From Armatimonadota bacterium (GTDB lineage: Bacteria; Armatimonadota; SYMT01), in assembly GCA_041690135.1 (NCBI GenBank), contig JAWLHY010000001.1:192001-256000 (forward strand): a stretch of DNA of 64,000 nucleotides, given 5' to 3'. The notes under the pieces were generated by a model. That model ran no database searches. It was given only the letters and a program-made list of their open reading frames with translations, and had not been told where the DNA came from. Below are positions 36,781-47,426 of the stretch, in pieces. A program made the translations under genes and the position numbers. The number at the start of each line of letters is the position of its first letter. Position 1 is the stretch's first letter.

Positions 36781-38043
36781 ATGGAACTCGCCGAGCTCGA
36801 ATCCAAGTCTGTCGAGGAGCTGCAGGGCATCGCCAAAGACCTCAATATCTCCGATGCCGACCGGCTCCGCAAACACGACCTCACCTTCAAGATCCTGCAG
36901 ACCCAGGCCGAAAGCAGCGGCCTCATCTACGGCCAGGGCGTGTTGGAGATCCTCCCCGACGGTTGGGGCTTCCTCCGCCACGACAACTTCCAGCCCGCCG
37001 CCGATGACATCTACGTTTCCCAGTCCCAGATCAAGCGCTTCGGGCTGAAGACGGGCGATTGGGTGAGCGGCCAGGTACGCCCGCCGAAGGAGAACGAGAA
37101 GTACTACGGTCTCCTGCGCGTGGAAGCGGTCAACCAGGTGGAACCGGAGCGCGCCCGACAGCGCAAGGATTATGCGGACCTTACCACCGTTTATCCGAAC
37201 ACGCGGCTGCGGATCGAGACCACCCCGGACATCATCGCGGGACGGTTCATCGATCTGATCGCACCGATCGGAAAGGGACAACGCGGCCTGATCGTCGCCC
37301 CCCCGAAAGCCGGCAAGACGACCCTGCTCAAGCAGATTTCTCACGGGATCACCTCCAACAATCCCGAGGTGTTTCTGATCGTGCTGCTGGTGGACGAGCG
37401 GCCCGAAGAAGTCACCGACATGCGGCGTTCGGTCAAGGGCCAGGTCGTTAGCTCCACCTTCGACGAGTTGCCCGAGAACCACATGCGCGTGGCCGACATG
37501 GTGCTGGAAGAAGCGAAGCGCCTGGTGGAGAGCGGGCGCGACGTGGTGGTGCTGCTGGATAGCCTGACCCGCCTTTCCCGTGCCTCCAACCTCACGGTGA
37601 ACCCCAGCGGCCGTACCCTTACCGGCGGTCTGGACCCGGCGGCGCTCTACCGGCCCAAACGGTTCTTCGGCGCGGCACGGAACATCGAAGAGGGGGGAAG
37701 CCTCACGATCATCGCCACCGCGCTGGTCGATACCGGCAGCCGGATGGACGACATGATCTTCGAGGAGTTCAAGGGCACCGGCAACTGGGAGCTTCACCTC
37801 AGCCGCGAGCTACAGGAGCGCCGCGTCTTCCCGGCCATCGACATCAAGAAGTCCGGCACCCGCCACGACGAGCTGCTGTTCGACGCGGACACGCTCAAGC
37901 AAGTCTGGAAGCTCCACCGCGCGCTGTCGGCCCTCGACACGGTCCAGGCCACCGAGCTCTTGATCGATCGGCTCCGGAATACCAAGAGCAACGACGAATT
38001 CCTCAAGATCGTGGATAAGACCCTGCGCGACGCGGCGGATTAG
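36781..38043 (+). CDS. rho: Transcription termination factor Rho
   Basis: [52 protein letters not shown]. Confidence 0.98.
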   Translation: MELAELESKSVEELQGIAKDLNISDADRLRKHDLTFKILQTQAESSGLIYGQGVLEILPDGWGFLRHDNFQPAADDIYVSQSQIKRFGLKTGDWVSGQVRPPKENEKYYGLLRVEAVNQVEPERARQRKDYADLTTVYPNTRLRIETTPDIIAGRFIDLIAPIGKGQRGLIVAPPKAGKTTLLKQISHGITSNNPEVFLIVLLVDERPEEVTDMRRSVKGQVVSSTFDELPENHMRVADMVLEEAKRLVESGRDVVVLLDSLTRLSRASNLTVNPSGRTLTGGLDPAALYRPKRFFGAARNIEEGGSLTIIATALVDTGSRMDDMIFEEFKGTGNWELHLSRELQERRVFPAIDIKKSGTRHDELLFDADTLKQVWKLHRALSALDTVQATELLIDRLRNTKSNDEFLKIVDKTLRDAAD

Positions 38044-39380
38044 AATCGGTCCAGAAGGGCCGCCAGGGTCGGGTCTTCTTCCTCGGGGGGATGGATCCAC
38101 TTCTCGAGCTGGACGATGGTTCCTTCCGGACCGGAGGCCAGCCAGAGACGTTCCACCAGTTCCAGCATCAGGGTAAAGCCCATTCCCAGGGAGATCTTGG
38201 TGGAGAACCCGGGGCGCAGGATACTGGAGGGGAGGTTTTCCGGGTGAATTCCCGGGCCCGCGTCCGTAACACGGACGGTGACCCGATCTTCCGAAATGAA
38301 CACGGCGGCCCGTCCCCCGACACCGTGCTTGACCGCGTTTGTGGCGGCCTCGCCGGCGGCGACCACCAGGTCCTCCGCGGCGCCTTCGGCTAATCCCGCC
38401 TCCAGGCCGACCCGGCGTAGCTCTCGCCGGAAGGCGGTATAGTTTTCAGGCTCCTGCAGGGAGGTGGTGAACCGCTGCGTGCCTTCCGTCAGGATTTCCC
38501 TCGGTTCGACGAGTTGCAGCTTATCCCGCGTGACTGCCCGGATGACTTCGCCGTAGAAGCGCTTCTTCTCGACCTCCGTAGACAGGAGGCGCTGATGGGC
38601 AGCCTCAAGCGCTTCCTCCGTTCGTTTTAGAGCTGTTACATCGACCGCGAAGACGATCACCCCGGTGACGTTCCCGCTCTCATCCCGGTAGGGGAGCTTA
38701 TCGGTGCGGACCCAGACCCGCTCGCCGGAAGCGTGCTGGTATGGCTCCACGATGCCCAGCCGGGGTTGCCCCGTACGGATCACCTCCAGGTCGTCCGTAT
38801 GGTAGGCTTTCGCATCCTCCCGGGGGTAAAGGTCGTAGGTGGAACGACCCTCGATCGCCTCGACCGTCAGGCCCATGGACGCGGCGGCGGCCCGGTTGGC
38901 CCGGAGGATGCGGTTGTCGGCATCCTTGTACCAGATCATGGCCGGAACGGAGTGGAAGATGATCTGCTGCTCCTCCTGAAGGCGGCGGAGCTCGGTTTCC
39001 GCCCGCTTCCGCTCGGTCAGGTCGCGCAGTACCCGCGCGTACCCGCTGATTCGGCCATCTTTCCGCAGGGCGGTGGTGACGCCGTTGGCCCAGAACCGGC
39101 TGCCGTCCTTCCGAACCAGCCAGCGTTCCTCTTCGACGCGGCCTTCCCTACGAGCCGTAGATAAGTGGCGTTCGGGAAGCCCGGCTTCGACATCTTCCGG
39201 CGGGTACAGACGCGCGACCGGCATCCCCACGGCTTCTTCGGCCGTATAGCCGAGCAGCCGCTGGGCGCCCGCGCTCCAGCTTAGTACCCGTCCCTCCGGG
39301 TCCAACATGAAGATCGCGTAGTCCTTGACGCCATCGATGAGAAGACGGAAGCGTTCCTCCACTTCTTCCAGGTTACTCAC
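38040..39380 (-). CDS. PAS-PAS-HATPase protein (RsbW/RsbT-like anti-sigma kinase domain)
   Basis: Two PAS/PAC domains; C-terminal EAATNAVKH, D.GPGI, GFST..SLGMG; no HisKA H-box seen. Confidence 0.85.
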   Translation of the reverse strand: MSNLEEVEERFRLLIDGVKDYAIFMLDPEGRVLSWSAGAQRLLGYTAEEAVGMPVARLYPPEDVEAGLPERHLSTARREGRVEEERWLVRKDGSRFWANGVTTALRKDGRISGYARVLRDLTERKRAETELRRLQEEQQIIFHSVPAMIWYKDADNRILRANRAAAASMGLTVEAIEGRSTYDLYPREDAKAYHTDDLEVIRTGQPRLGIVEPYQHASGERVWVRTDKLPYRDESGNVTGVIVFAVDVTALKRTEEALEAAHQRLLSTEVEKKRFYGEVIRAVTRDKLQLVEPREILTEGTQRFTTSLQEPENYTAFRRELRRVGLEAGLAEGAAEDLVVAAGEAATNAVKHGVGGRAAVFISEDRVTVRVTDAGPGIHPENLPSSILRPGFSTKISLGMGFTLMLELVERLWLASGPEGTIVQLEKWIHPPEEEDPTLAALLDRF

Positions 39381-41659
39381 CTACTTTCTTCCTGCATATT
39401 CGAGCCGTTTCCCGTTTCTTCCATGATCCGGAGAACGAGTACCGCGATGTCGTCGCGGACGTTCCCGTTCTGGAATTCCACGGCGGCCCGTTCGATCCGA
39501 GCCGCGATCTCGCCCACCTCCAGACCGCGGCAGTCGCGGACCAGTGCCGCGAGCCGTTCTTCGCCGAACAGCTTGGTGTCTATACGGGCTTCGATCACCC
39601 CGTCCGTGTAGAACACGAGGGTGTCTCCGCGCTCCAGTTCGACATGGAAGAGCGGCAGTGGCGGTGAGGGGGATATGCCCAGAATCAAGCCGGGTCGCCC
39701 CAACGGCTCGACCGTCCCGTCCCGGCGCAGGCGCAGGGGGGGAGGATGCCCGCCGCTGGCCATGGTCAATCGGGCGCCGCCGCCTGTGATCTCGATACAC
39801 GCGAGGACCGCGGTTACAAACAGGGTCGTATCGGTCTGGTCCAGGATGGCCTGGTTGAGGCGGGCGAGAATCCGGTCCGGCTCCGTCTCGTAGGGTGCGA
39901 CAGCTCGCGCCGTGTATCGGGTGAGAGCGGTGACCGCGGCGGCCGTCACCCCTTTGCCGGAGACATCTCCCAACAGGATGGCGGTGACGCCCTCTTCCTT
40001 GCAGGTGAATACGTCATAGAAGTCGCCCCCCACCTCCAGCCCTTCGCCGGCCGGAAGGTAGCGTGCCGCCAGTCGGATACCGGGGAGTTCCGGCAAGGCG
40101 GAAGGGAGCAGGCTCTGTTGCAAGGTGTGGGCCGTGCGGAGTTGGCGCCGATAGAGGCGCGCATTGTCGATGGCCTGGGCGGCGCGGCGCGCGAGGTCCC
40201 GCGCCAGCGCGAGGTCGTCGGTGTCGTACCGGCGTCCGGACCCCGCATAGGCGAACGTGATGGCTCCCAGCGTCCGGCCGCGAACCCGCAGCGGGACGAC
40301 CATGCCCGAGCTCACGCCCAACTCCCGGAGCAACGCCTGGTGTTCCGGGTCATCCGTGGCCCAGCTCAGGGTCTCGGCGGAGATCTCGGGATGGAGAACC
40401 GGTTTTCCGGTGCGCAGCACGTGCGCTACACCGCTAGGGGCCTGTGGGTCCGGCGGGAACCGGCGGAGCTCGGTCACCTTCTCCTCGAGGGCGGGATCCG
40501 CATGAGCCGTGGCAATGCGTACCAGGGTCCCATCTTCCTCCACCAGGTCCACCAGGCACACGTCGGCGAAGAACGATACAGCCAGGCGAGCGACTCTCTC
40601 CAGGGTCGTTTCGTAGTCCAGAGAAGAGGCGATCTCCTCTCCCGCCCGCGCCAGGAACTTCACCGCCTCCTCCGCGCGGCGACGCTCCGCGACTTCCAGG
40701 GCCAGCGATACCATATCCGCCACGGAGCCGGCGAAGCTCTGCTCTTCCGCGGTCCAGTGACGAGGCCGGCCCACATGCTCATGGCAGACGATACCTACTG
40801 TTTTTCCGCCGTAGCGGATCGGCGCGTCCAACATGGAGGTGATACCGAGAAGAGAGAGATAGGAGCCGGTGAACTCGCGCGTTCGCGGGTCTCGCTGGGC
40901 GTCATCCGCGGCAATGACCCGCTCTTCCTTCAGGGCCTGGAAGTAGGCCGGGTAGTCCGAGCGCGAGATTTCCAGGCCATCCGTGTGCCGGCCGGGGCTT
41001 CGTTCGAAGAGATTGACACAGCGGATGCGGGTACGTTCGGCGTCGAACAGCCAGATTCCCACGCGCTCCAGGTCGAGCGTCCGGGCATCGGCCTCCGTGA
41101 TCTGCGCGAGGGCCACCTTCAGATCTCCGGAGACCAGCGCCGGGTTGCGGGTCAGCTCCACCAGCGCCGCCTGCTGACGGCGGAGCAGTTCCTCGGTTCC
41201 CCGGTGTTCCGTGGTGTCGCGCACGACTTTGGCGAACCCCCAGATGCGGCCCTCGGGGTCCCGGAGAGGGGTTGTTACCCCATCCGCCCAGAAGCAGGAG
41301 CCATTCCGCCGCACCAGCCAGTTCTGATCATCGGCTCGCCCGACCTTCTCGGCCGTCTCCAGTTCCCGCTCCGGAAGGCCGGCCGCGATCTCCTCCGGCT
41401 GGAAGAAACGGGAGAAGTGGAGGCCCTGGATTTCCTCCGGAGCGTATCCCAGCAGCCGCTCGGCGCCCGGGTTCCAGTTGACGACGCGCCCTTCCCGGTC
41501 GAGGATCATGATGGCGTACTCATGGGCCGCCTCGACGAGCGCGCGGAACCGCTGTTCGCTGCGCCGGACCTCTTCCAGCATTCGGGACGGCTCTACCTCC
41601 AGTCCGTCCGAAGCCGACGTGGGTTCCAGTTCTTCTTCCCCGAGCGTGTCGTGAATCAC
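39377..41659 (-). CDS. PAS-GAF-GAF-SpoIIE (PP2C) phosphatase
   Basis: LQQSLLP, VGGDFYD, GDVSGKG, GGHPPP, FYTDGVIEA, DDIAVL; start uncertain. Confidence 0.9.
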   Translation of the reverse strand: MIHDTLGEEELEPTSASDGLEVEPSRMLEEVRRSEQRFRALVEAAHEYAIMILDREGRVVNWNPGAERLLGYAPEEIQGLHFSRFFQPEEIAAGLPERELETAEKVGRADDQNWLVRRNGSCFWADGVTTPLRDPEGRIWGFAKVVRDTTEHRGTEELLRRQQAALVELTRNPALVSGDLKVALAQITEADARTLDLERVGIWLFDAERTRIRCVNLFERSPGRHTDGLEISRSDYPAYFQALKEERVIAADDAQRDPRTREFTGSYLSLLGITSMLDAPIRYGGKTVGIVCHEHVGRPRHWTAEEQSFAGSVADMVSLALEVAERRRAEEAVKFLARAGEEIASSLDYETTLERVARLAVSFFADVCLVDLVEEDGTLVRIATAHADPALEEKVTELRRFPPDPQAPSGVAHVLRTGKPVLHPEISAETLSWATDDPEHQALLRELGVSSGMVVPLRVRGRTLGAITFAYAGSGRRYDTDDLALARDLARRAAQAIDNARLYRRQLRTAHTLQQSLLPSALPELPGIRLAARYLPAGEGLEVGGDFYDVFTCKEEGVTAILLGDVSGKGVTAAAVTALTRYTARAVAPYETEPDRILARLNQAILDQTDTTLFVTAVLACIEITGGGARLTMASGGHPPPLRLRRDGTVEPLGRPGLILGISPSPPLPLFHVELERGDTLVFYTDGVIEARIDTKLFGEERLAALVRDCRGLEVGEIAARIERAAVEFQNGNVRDDIAVLVLRIMEETGNGSNMQEESR

Positions 41660-41853
41660 CGCATCTTGGCCCTTCCTTCTACCCGCGGCGCGGAAGCCTC
41701 CCTGCTGCGGGAACACCGGGAGATGGCCTGCCCGGCGCGGAGAAGGGGTGATGCACCCAAGCTACGGCCGGGCTCCGCCGGTGTCGCTAATGGACTCTTA
41801 CCCGGCTCGCCGAACCTCGAACCGGGATAGCATGAATGCCAGGAGGAGCTACC

Positions 41854-42573
41854 GTGGGGTTTGCGGATCAGTCGGGGTATCGCTGCCGGATGGACTGGGG
41901 GCGACGTGGCGTGCGGGAGGCGGCGGCACGCGGCGCCCTTCTGGTGGTGGTGGACGTGCTGCGGTTCTCCACCACGGTGGCGACCGCCGTCCAACACGGC
42001 GCGGAAGTTTATCCGTACCTGCTTGGGGACGACCTCGCCGGACTGGAGGGTGCGCACCCGGGAGCCTCTCGTGAATACGGCCTCTCGCCGTGCGACTGCG
42101 ACGGAGTACCACCGGGCACGCGGATCGCCCTCACGTCACTCAACGGCGCAACCTGCAGCCGATACGGGTCTCGTGCTCCCTATCTGTTCGTTGCCGCGCT
42201 GGTGAACCGGTCGGCGGTCGCGGAGGTGGTGAACGAGATCCTGGACCGTACTGCGCTGGCGGTAACCGTGGTGGCCTGTGGCGAACAATGGACCACCCCC
42301 GACGAAGGGGAGCGGCTGCGGTTTGCGGTCGAGGATTACCTGGGGGCGGGAGCGGTGCTCGCGGCGCTGCGGCACTCCAAGTCTCCCGAGGCCCGGGTCT
42401 GCGAGAGCGCCTTTCTCGGAGAGCAGGGCCGTCTGACGGAGATCCTTCACGAGTGCGCTAGCGGCCGGGAAATGGCGGGGCGGGGGAGGGGAGCCGACGT
42501 GGAGCACGCTGCGCGCCTGGATGTTTACGAGGCGGTACCGGTAATGCGGGAGGGAAAACTCACCCGTTTTTAG
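41854..42573 (+). CDS. 2-phosphosulfolactate phosphatase (ComB family)
   Basis: VVVDVLRFSTT, LSP, TSLNGA, VACGE, FAVEDYLGAG; AGGAGG RBS before GTG. Confidence 0.85.
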   Translation: MGFADQSGYRCRMDWGRRGVREAAARGALLVVVDVLRFSTTVATAVQHGAEVYPYLLGDDLAGLEGAHPGASREYGLSPCDCDGVPPGTRIALTSLNGATCSRYGSRAPYLFVAALVNRSAVAEVVNEILDRTALAVTVVACGEQWTTPDEGERLRFAVEDYLGAGAVLAALRHSKSPEARVCESAFLGEQGRLTEILHECASGREMAGRGRGADVEHAARLDVYEAVPVMREGKLTRF

Positions 42574-42605
42574 CCTGGCGGACGAGACGTCCGCGCTCCT
42601 CCCAG

Positions 42606-42651
42606 AAACAAAACCGGAGGCGTTCCGCAAAGGAACGCCTCCGGTGTTCTT
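42606..42651. terminator. Bidirectional intrinsic terminator
   Basis: ACCGGAGGCGTTCC-GCAAA-GGAACGCCTCCGGT flanked by A-rich and T-rich tracts, between convergent genes. Confidence 0.8.
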
Positions 42652-42673
42652 ACTGCATGGGAAGCCGGCCGGA

Positions 42674-43015
42674 CTACTGGATGGCCGCTTCGCCCCGCTC
42701 GCCGGTCCGCACGCGGACCGCGTCGGCGATCGGGATGAGGAAGATCTTCCCGTCACCCACTTCGCCCGTGCGGCCCACCGTGACGATGGCATCGATGGCC
42801 GCATCTAACTGCGCGTCGGGGACTACCGCTTCGAGCTTCACCTTCTCCAGCAGGTTCACCCGGTATTCCGCGCCCCGGTAGCGATGCACGTAGCCCCGCT
42901 GCTGGCCGGCCCCGCGGACTTCCATCACGGTGATGCCGCTGACGCCGATCTCGTCCAGTGCGCTCTTCACGTCGTCCAGTTTCTCCGGCCGGATAACCGC
43001 TTCGATCTTGACCAT
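42674..43015 (-). CDS. glnK: Nitrogen regulatory protein P-II (amtB-linked)
   Basis: KIEAVIRP, YRGAEY T-loop, GRTGEVGDGKIF, RTGE. Confidence 0.93.
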   Translation of the reverse strand: MVKIEAVIRPEKLDDVKSALDEIGVSGITVMEVRGAGQQRGYVHRYRGAEYRVNLLEKVKLEAVVPDAQLDAAIDAIVTVGRTGEVGDGKIFLIPIADAVRVRTGERGEAAIQ

Positions 43016-43016
43016 G

Positions 43017-44555
43017 TTACGCCTCCGTGGCCGCCACGGCGCCCGCCGGAACGCCTGCCGGCTTGCCGCCGGTGACGCCCGCCAGACCGTATCCGCCGTG
43101 GGAAGTGGGGTCCATCGCGAAGTCCGGGTAAGCGCGGTTGTCGTGCTCGGAGAGGTCGAGACCTTCCAGTTCCTCTTCCTTCGTCACGCGCAGGCCGATG
43201 GTGGCAGCGATGACCTTAAAGAGAATCAAGCAGAGACCGAACGACCAGATGAACGCGGCTCCAACCCCCCACATCTGGGCGATCAACTGCGTCGCACCGC
43301 CGCCGAAGAAGAGGCCTTTCACGTTCTCGTTGATCGCGCCGTCCGCGAAGAGGCCGACAGCCAGTGTGCCCCACGCTCCGCAAACGCCGTGGACCGAGAT
43401 GGCGCCCACCGGGTCGTCGATGCCGCGGCGCTCGAAGAAGAGCACGGCGCCGAAGACCAGCACGCCCGCCACCAGGCCGGTGACGATGGACCCCACCGCA
43501 CTGAGGTTGGCGCAGCCGGCCGTGATGCCGACGAGCCCCGCGAGGGCGCCGTTCATCGTCATGCTCATGTCCGGCTTCTTGAACATCGCCCAGGAGATGA
43601 TCATGGCGGAGATCGCGCCCGCGGCGGCGGACAGGTTCGTCATCACCGCGATCCGCGCCATATCCAGGTTGGTTCCGGAGGTCGTGCTACCTGCGTTGAA
43701 CCCGAACCAGCCAAACCACAGGATGAAGACACCCAGGGCGGCCATCGGCAGGTTGTGGCCTGGGATGGCGACCGGCTTACCGTCGCGATACTTGCCGATG
43801 CGGGGGCCGAGAACCAGAGCGCCGGCGAGAGCTGCCCAGCCGCCGATGGAGTGAACCACCGTCGAACCGGCGAAGTCCACGAAGCCCTTAGCGGTGAGCC
43901 AGGTGGAGTTGTCCGTATTGTACAGGTTGCCCCACGCCCAGCCGCCGAAGATCGGGTAGATGACGGCGCTGATGACGGCGCTGTAAACCAGGTAGGCCAC
44001 GAACTTGGTCCGCTCCGCCATCGCCCCGGAGACGATGGTGGCGGCCGTGGCGGCGAACACCACCTGGAACATCCAGAAGGCGAAGAACCACTTGTCGTCG
44101 GAGACGCCGTTGAAGAAGAACCCGTTGGTTCCGATCCAGCCACCTGTGGAAGCGCTGACGCCGAACATCAAGCCGAACCCGATGGCCCAGAACGCGATGG
44201 TGCCCACCGCGAAGTCCATCGTGTTTTTCATCATGATGTTCACGGCGCTCTTGGCGCGGGTGAAACCGGCCTCGACCATGGCGAAGCCGGCCTGCATGAA
44301 AAAGACCAGAAAGGCCGCGACGAGAGTCCAGACGTAGTTCACGCCGTCAGTGACCGCGGTCACCTTCTCATCAACCTTTTCCAGGGTCAGGGCGTCCTCC
44401 GCCGGAGCGGGAGCCGGGGCGGCAGCGGCGGGTTCGGTCGGGGCCGGGGCATCCTGCGACCATGCCGGCTGGGCAAACATGGCGGTGAGCGTGAGAACGC
44501 CGGTTAGCATAACTGCCCAGGCGCCGCGCCGCGTCAGAGATAGACGATCGGTCAT
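43017..44555 (-). CDS. amtB: Ammonium transporter
   Basis: FFMQAGFAMVEAG, SGAMAER, DFAGSTVVH, WFGWFGFNAGS, DDPVGAISVHG. Confidence 0.97.
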   Translation of the reverse strand: MTDRLSLTRRGAWAVMLTGVLTLTAMFAQPAWSQDAPAPTEPAAAAPAPAPAEDALTLEKVDEKVTAVTDGVNYVWTLVAAFLVFFMQAGFAMVEAGFTRAKSAVNIMMKNTMDFAVGTIAFWAIGFGLMFGVSASTGGWIGTNGFFFNGVSDDKWFFAFWMFQVVFAATAATIVSGAMAERTKFVAYLVYSAVISAVIYPIFGGWAWGNLYNTDNSTWLTAKGFVDFAGSTVVHSIGGWAALAGALVLGPRIGKYRDGKPVAIPGHNLPMAALGVFILWFGWFGFNAGSTTSGTNLDMARIAVMTNLSAAAGAISAMIISWAMFKKPDMSMTMNGALAGLVGITAGCANLSAVGSIVTGLVAGVLVFGAVLFFERRGIDDPVGAISVHGVCGAWGTLAVGLFADGAINENVKGLFFGGGATQLIAQMWGVGAAFIWSFGLCLILFKVIAATIGLRVTKEEELEGLDLSEHDNRAYPDFAMDPTSHGGYGLAGVTGGKPAGVPAGAVAATEA

Positions 44556-44821
44556 CTGCTGTTCTCCTCGAGAGAAATCGGTCCGTCGCACCTGGGGTGC
44601 GTCGGAGCTTGGCTACATCGTCGTTCGGAGGCAGGGTCGGCGCTGACCGCTGAAAACCTGTCAAACCTTATGTGCGTAAGCGGAGCCGCTACGGCTGTCC
44701 GCTCTTGTTCCGGAGTGTTGCCTGGTTGGGGAGGGGGAGACGGTACTGCATCGCCCGCCCTCCCTACTACCCAGGGCAGTTCCGTTATCCTGAATGCTCA
44801 TCGCTCTGGCGCCCTTTCCAT

Positions 44822-44926
44822 CACCCACTTCGTGGGTACCCGACGCATGCGCCAGGGCTTTTCTGTGTGGGCGTCAAGTCCGGGGGCTCGCGCCCCCGGC
44901 TATCCTCTCTTCGCCCCTCCGGGGCT
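44822..44926. repeat. REP-like elements between the porin gene and amtB
   Basis: CACCCACTTCGTGGGTACCC (similar to motifs at ~51625 and ~52100) and a family B copy CCGGGGGCTCGCGCCCCCGGCTAT..CGCCCCTCCGGGGCT. Confidence 0.6.
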
Positions 44927-44998
44927 ACGGGGCGGTTCTCACCGAGAACTGAACCGCTCTGCCCAGGTACCCGCCCCCCAGGGGGGAAGCGAGTTTTC

Positions 44999-46204
44999 CT
45001 AGTACTGGAAGATCTGGGAGATGATGAACGTTCCCTGGTCGCCGGTGAAAGTGCCGCGGCGTTCGTCCGCGATGAGGTCCGCGCCGCCCACCAGGTCGTG
45101 CCGGTACTCCAGCTTGGTGTGCGTGTACTTGTTCCAGATCTTGGTGTAGCCCACCGTGAACGAGTAGGCGGTGGAGTCATCTCCGAACACGGCGCCGTCT
45201 TCGTCCGTCAGCCACTCCAGTCGGCCGGCCACGTAAGAGGTGGGATCGAGCACGTACTTGCCCTGGGCAGCCAGGCCGTACCACTTGATGCTGCCCTGCT
45301 GGGCGTAGTCGAAGTTGAGCGTGTAGGAGGTCTTCTCGCTGGGGTTGTAAAGGGCCACCAGGTCGATCAGGCTCCGGTAGCTCTTGCTGTTCAGCGCGAT
45401 TTCCTCGCCGCCGTAGTAGTTGCCCACCAGGGTCAGCTTCGGGCTCATCGTCTTGCTGGCCGCAATGAAGAAGCCGGGATCATGACCCGGGCTGCCGACG
45501 GCGTTCCAGCCGCGGTGGATACCTGCCGCGTAGTAGTCCGTATCGTTCACGTAGTGAAAGACCCGAGCGCCCGTGTGGAAGAACGGCTGCGCCCAGTTGA
45601 AGATGAGGCCGCGGCTGTAAAGCCAGTTATCCTTCGGCTCCAGCACCTCGGCGCCGGCCGTGGTGTTCCACTTACCGAAGTCGATGTAGGTTCGTCCGTC
45701 CTTCGACAGGTTGGCGCTCACGTAGAGCTGCTGAACGTGCTGCCAGATCTCGTCATCCGAAGGCTCCAGCGCGTGGAACAGGTGGGCCGTGGGGCCGAAG
45801 AGCAGATCGACGCGGAAGCCCAGCACATCGTTTCCGCGGGCGCCCTGCGCCCAGAGGTCGATCAGGCCGAGGTGGACCCCCTGCTCGTCCTCCACGTCGA
45901 ACGCGCGGAGGGCGTTCATCCCGGTCCACGGATTGTTCAGGTTGCTGGCGAAGTAGAAGTCGGCCGAAGCACCGTAGGTCACGGAAGGGGTAGCGGCCTC
46001 TGCCTCGGCGGCGGTAGCGGCGGCGGGTTCCTCCTTCTTCTCCTCACCCTGCCCGATGGCCGTGAACGGCAGCAGGCTGTTCTGCGCCAGGAAGACGGGC
46101 TTCCTGGAGGCAGACGGGGCAGTGCTCCTTTCCTCATCAGCTTGCACCGGCGCCGCGCCGACCACGAGGGCGGCGGAGGCGGCGATAAGCCAGTGTCTCT
46201 TCAT
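44999..46204 (-). CDS. Outer-membrane beta-barrel porin (BBP2/DUF1597-like)
   Basis: Signal peptide; GFRVDLLFG, QLYV, DFGKWNT..GAEV......NWLYSRG..F....PF.HTG.R, KLEYRHD; terminal aromatic residue. Confidence 0.85.
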   Translation of the reverse strand: MKRHWLIAASAALVVGAAPVQADEERSTAPSASRKPVFLAQNSLLPFTAIGQGEEKKEEPAAATAAEAEAATPSVTYGASADFYFASNLNNPWTGMNALRAFDVEDEQGVHLGLIDLWAQGARGNDVLGFRVDLLFGPTAHLFHALEPSDDEIWQHVQQLYVSANLSKDGRTYIDFGKWNTTAGAEVLEPKDNWLYSRGLIFNWAQPFFHTGARVFHYVNDTDYYAAGIHRGWNAVGSPGHDPGFFIAASKTMSPKLTLVGNYYGGEEIALNSKSYRSLIDLVALYNPSEKTSYTLNFDYAQQGSIKWYGLAAQGKYVLDPTSYVAGRLEWLTDEDGAVFGDDSTAYSFTVGYTKIWNKYTHTKLEYRHDLVGGADLIADERRGTFTGDQGTFIISQIFQY

Positions 46205-46284
46205 TGTTCGTTCCTCTCTCTAGCGGGCGCCAACCCGCGCCCGTGGGACCGGGGTTTCCGTGTTGCCCCCAGATCCGGATGCCC

Positions 46285-46809
46285 CTACGCCTCGGCCGCC
46301 AGCTGGCGGAACCCCTCGCGAATCTTGCGCACGTGGTAGGACACGTTCGCCGCCGTGCAGCCGAGCGATTGGGCCAATTCTTCCTGCATATATCCCTGAA
46401 GCAGGCCGCGCAGGATCTGCTGCTGCGGCCCGCGCAGGCGGGACGACAGCTCGCGAGCGACCCAGCGGCTGCAAACTTCCTCTTCAAACGCCACCCGGTC
46501 CGGCACGGCCGCGTTCACGTCGAGCGACTCGGCCCGCTCCCGCTCCGACCGGCGGATGGCCTCGAGCAACCGCCACTTGCCGCGGAGGAACAGGTAGCAG
46601 AGGGGATCGCCGATGGTGACGTCGACCTGCTGAAGGCCGATCATCATGCCCAGCCACATCTCCTGCTGCAGGTCCTCCCGATCCATGCCGGTGAGGCTGG
46701 CGTAGTGTCCCGCCGTGCGGACCACCCGGTCGCGCAGCAGATCGGAGATCTGCTCCCGCGCCATGTGATCGCCCTGCCTCGCTCGCTCGATGACCTGACC
46801 TAACGACAT
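46285..46809 (-). CDS. Sigma-70 family (ECF/SigH-like) RNA polymerase sigma factor
   Basis: A.QGD..A, DREDLQQE region 2, GY.QEELA..LG....NV....RKIR region 4 HTH. Confidence 0.85.
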   Translation of the reverse strand: MSLGQVIERARQGDHMAREQISDLLRDRVVRTAGHYASLTGMDREDLQQEMWLGMMIGLQQVDVTIGDPLCYLFLRGKWRLLEAIRRSERERAESLDVNAAVPDRVAFEEEVCSRWVARELSSRLRGPQQQILRGLLQGYMQEELAQSLGCTAANVSYHVRKIREGFRQLAAEA

Positions 46810-47074
46810 AGTTGACCTCGCTGCTTCTTACCGGTTGACCATCCCACCGGCTGACCTCGCCGGGTTGATGCCATGCTTCATTGCCTGGCGAGTTCGAGGT
46901 AAGTGTAGGTCGGACAAATTACGTGGTTGCTTCTCCGCCGTTACAGGCGGATATCTTTCGTGTTAAGTCCATGTTTCCGAATGGGGGAAGTGCCACTAAG
47001 CTGTGCCTGCCTGTCCGCGCGGGCGGGAAATCGGGTATGATGATGCCCGTATGCACAGCAAGGGGTGAAACAGC

Positions 47075-47413
47075 ATGGTCAAGGTTGAAGCCATCATCCG
47101 GCCCGAACGGTTCGAGGACGTGAACGCGGCGCTCACCGACCTGGGCATCGTGGGGATGACCACCAGCGAGGTCCGGGGCTGCGGGCGACAGCGAGGGTAT
47201 GTGGAGCGCTACCGCGGGATGGAGTATGAAGTCCGGCTGCTCCCGAAGATGAAGCTGGAGGTCGTGCTCCGCGACGACCAGGTCGACGATGCGGTCAAGG
47301 TGATCCAGGAGGCCGGACGCACCGGCGAGGTCGGCGACGGAAAGATCTTCCTCTCCCGGATCGACGACGCCGTGCGTATCCGGACCGGGGAGCGCGGCGA
47401 AGCCGCCCTGTAA
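47075..47413 (+). CDS. glnB: Nitrogen regulatory protein P-II (glnE-linked)
   Basis: KVEAIIRP, GCGRQRG, YRGMEY, TGEVGDGKIF. Confidence 0.9.
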   Translation: MVKVEAIIRPERFEDVNAALTDLGIVGMTTSEVRGCGRQRGYVERYRGMEYEVRLLPKMKLEVVLRDDQVDDAVKVIQEAGRTGEVGDGKIFLSRIDDAVRIRTGERGEAAL

Positions 47414-47426
47414 AGGCCGGCAGGTC

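Noticed and set aside
44560-44700. GlnR/TnrA box, NtcA site or glutamine riboswitch upstream of amtB
   Set aside because: Only partial matches (TGTCA without a correctly spaced TNACA); not supportable by eye
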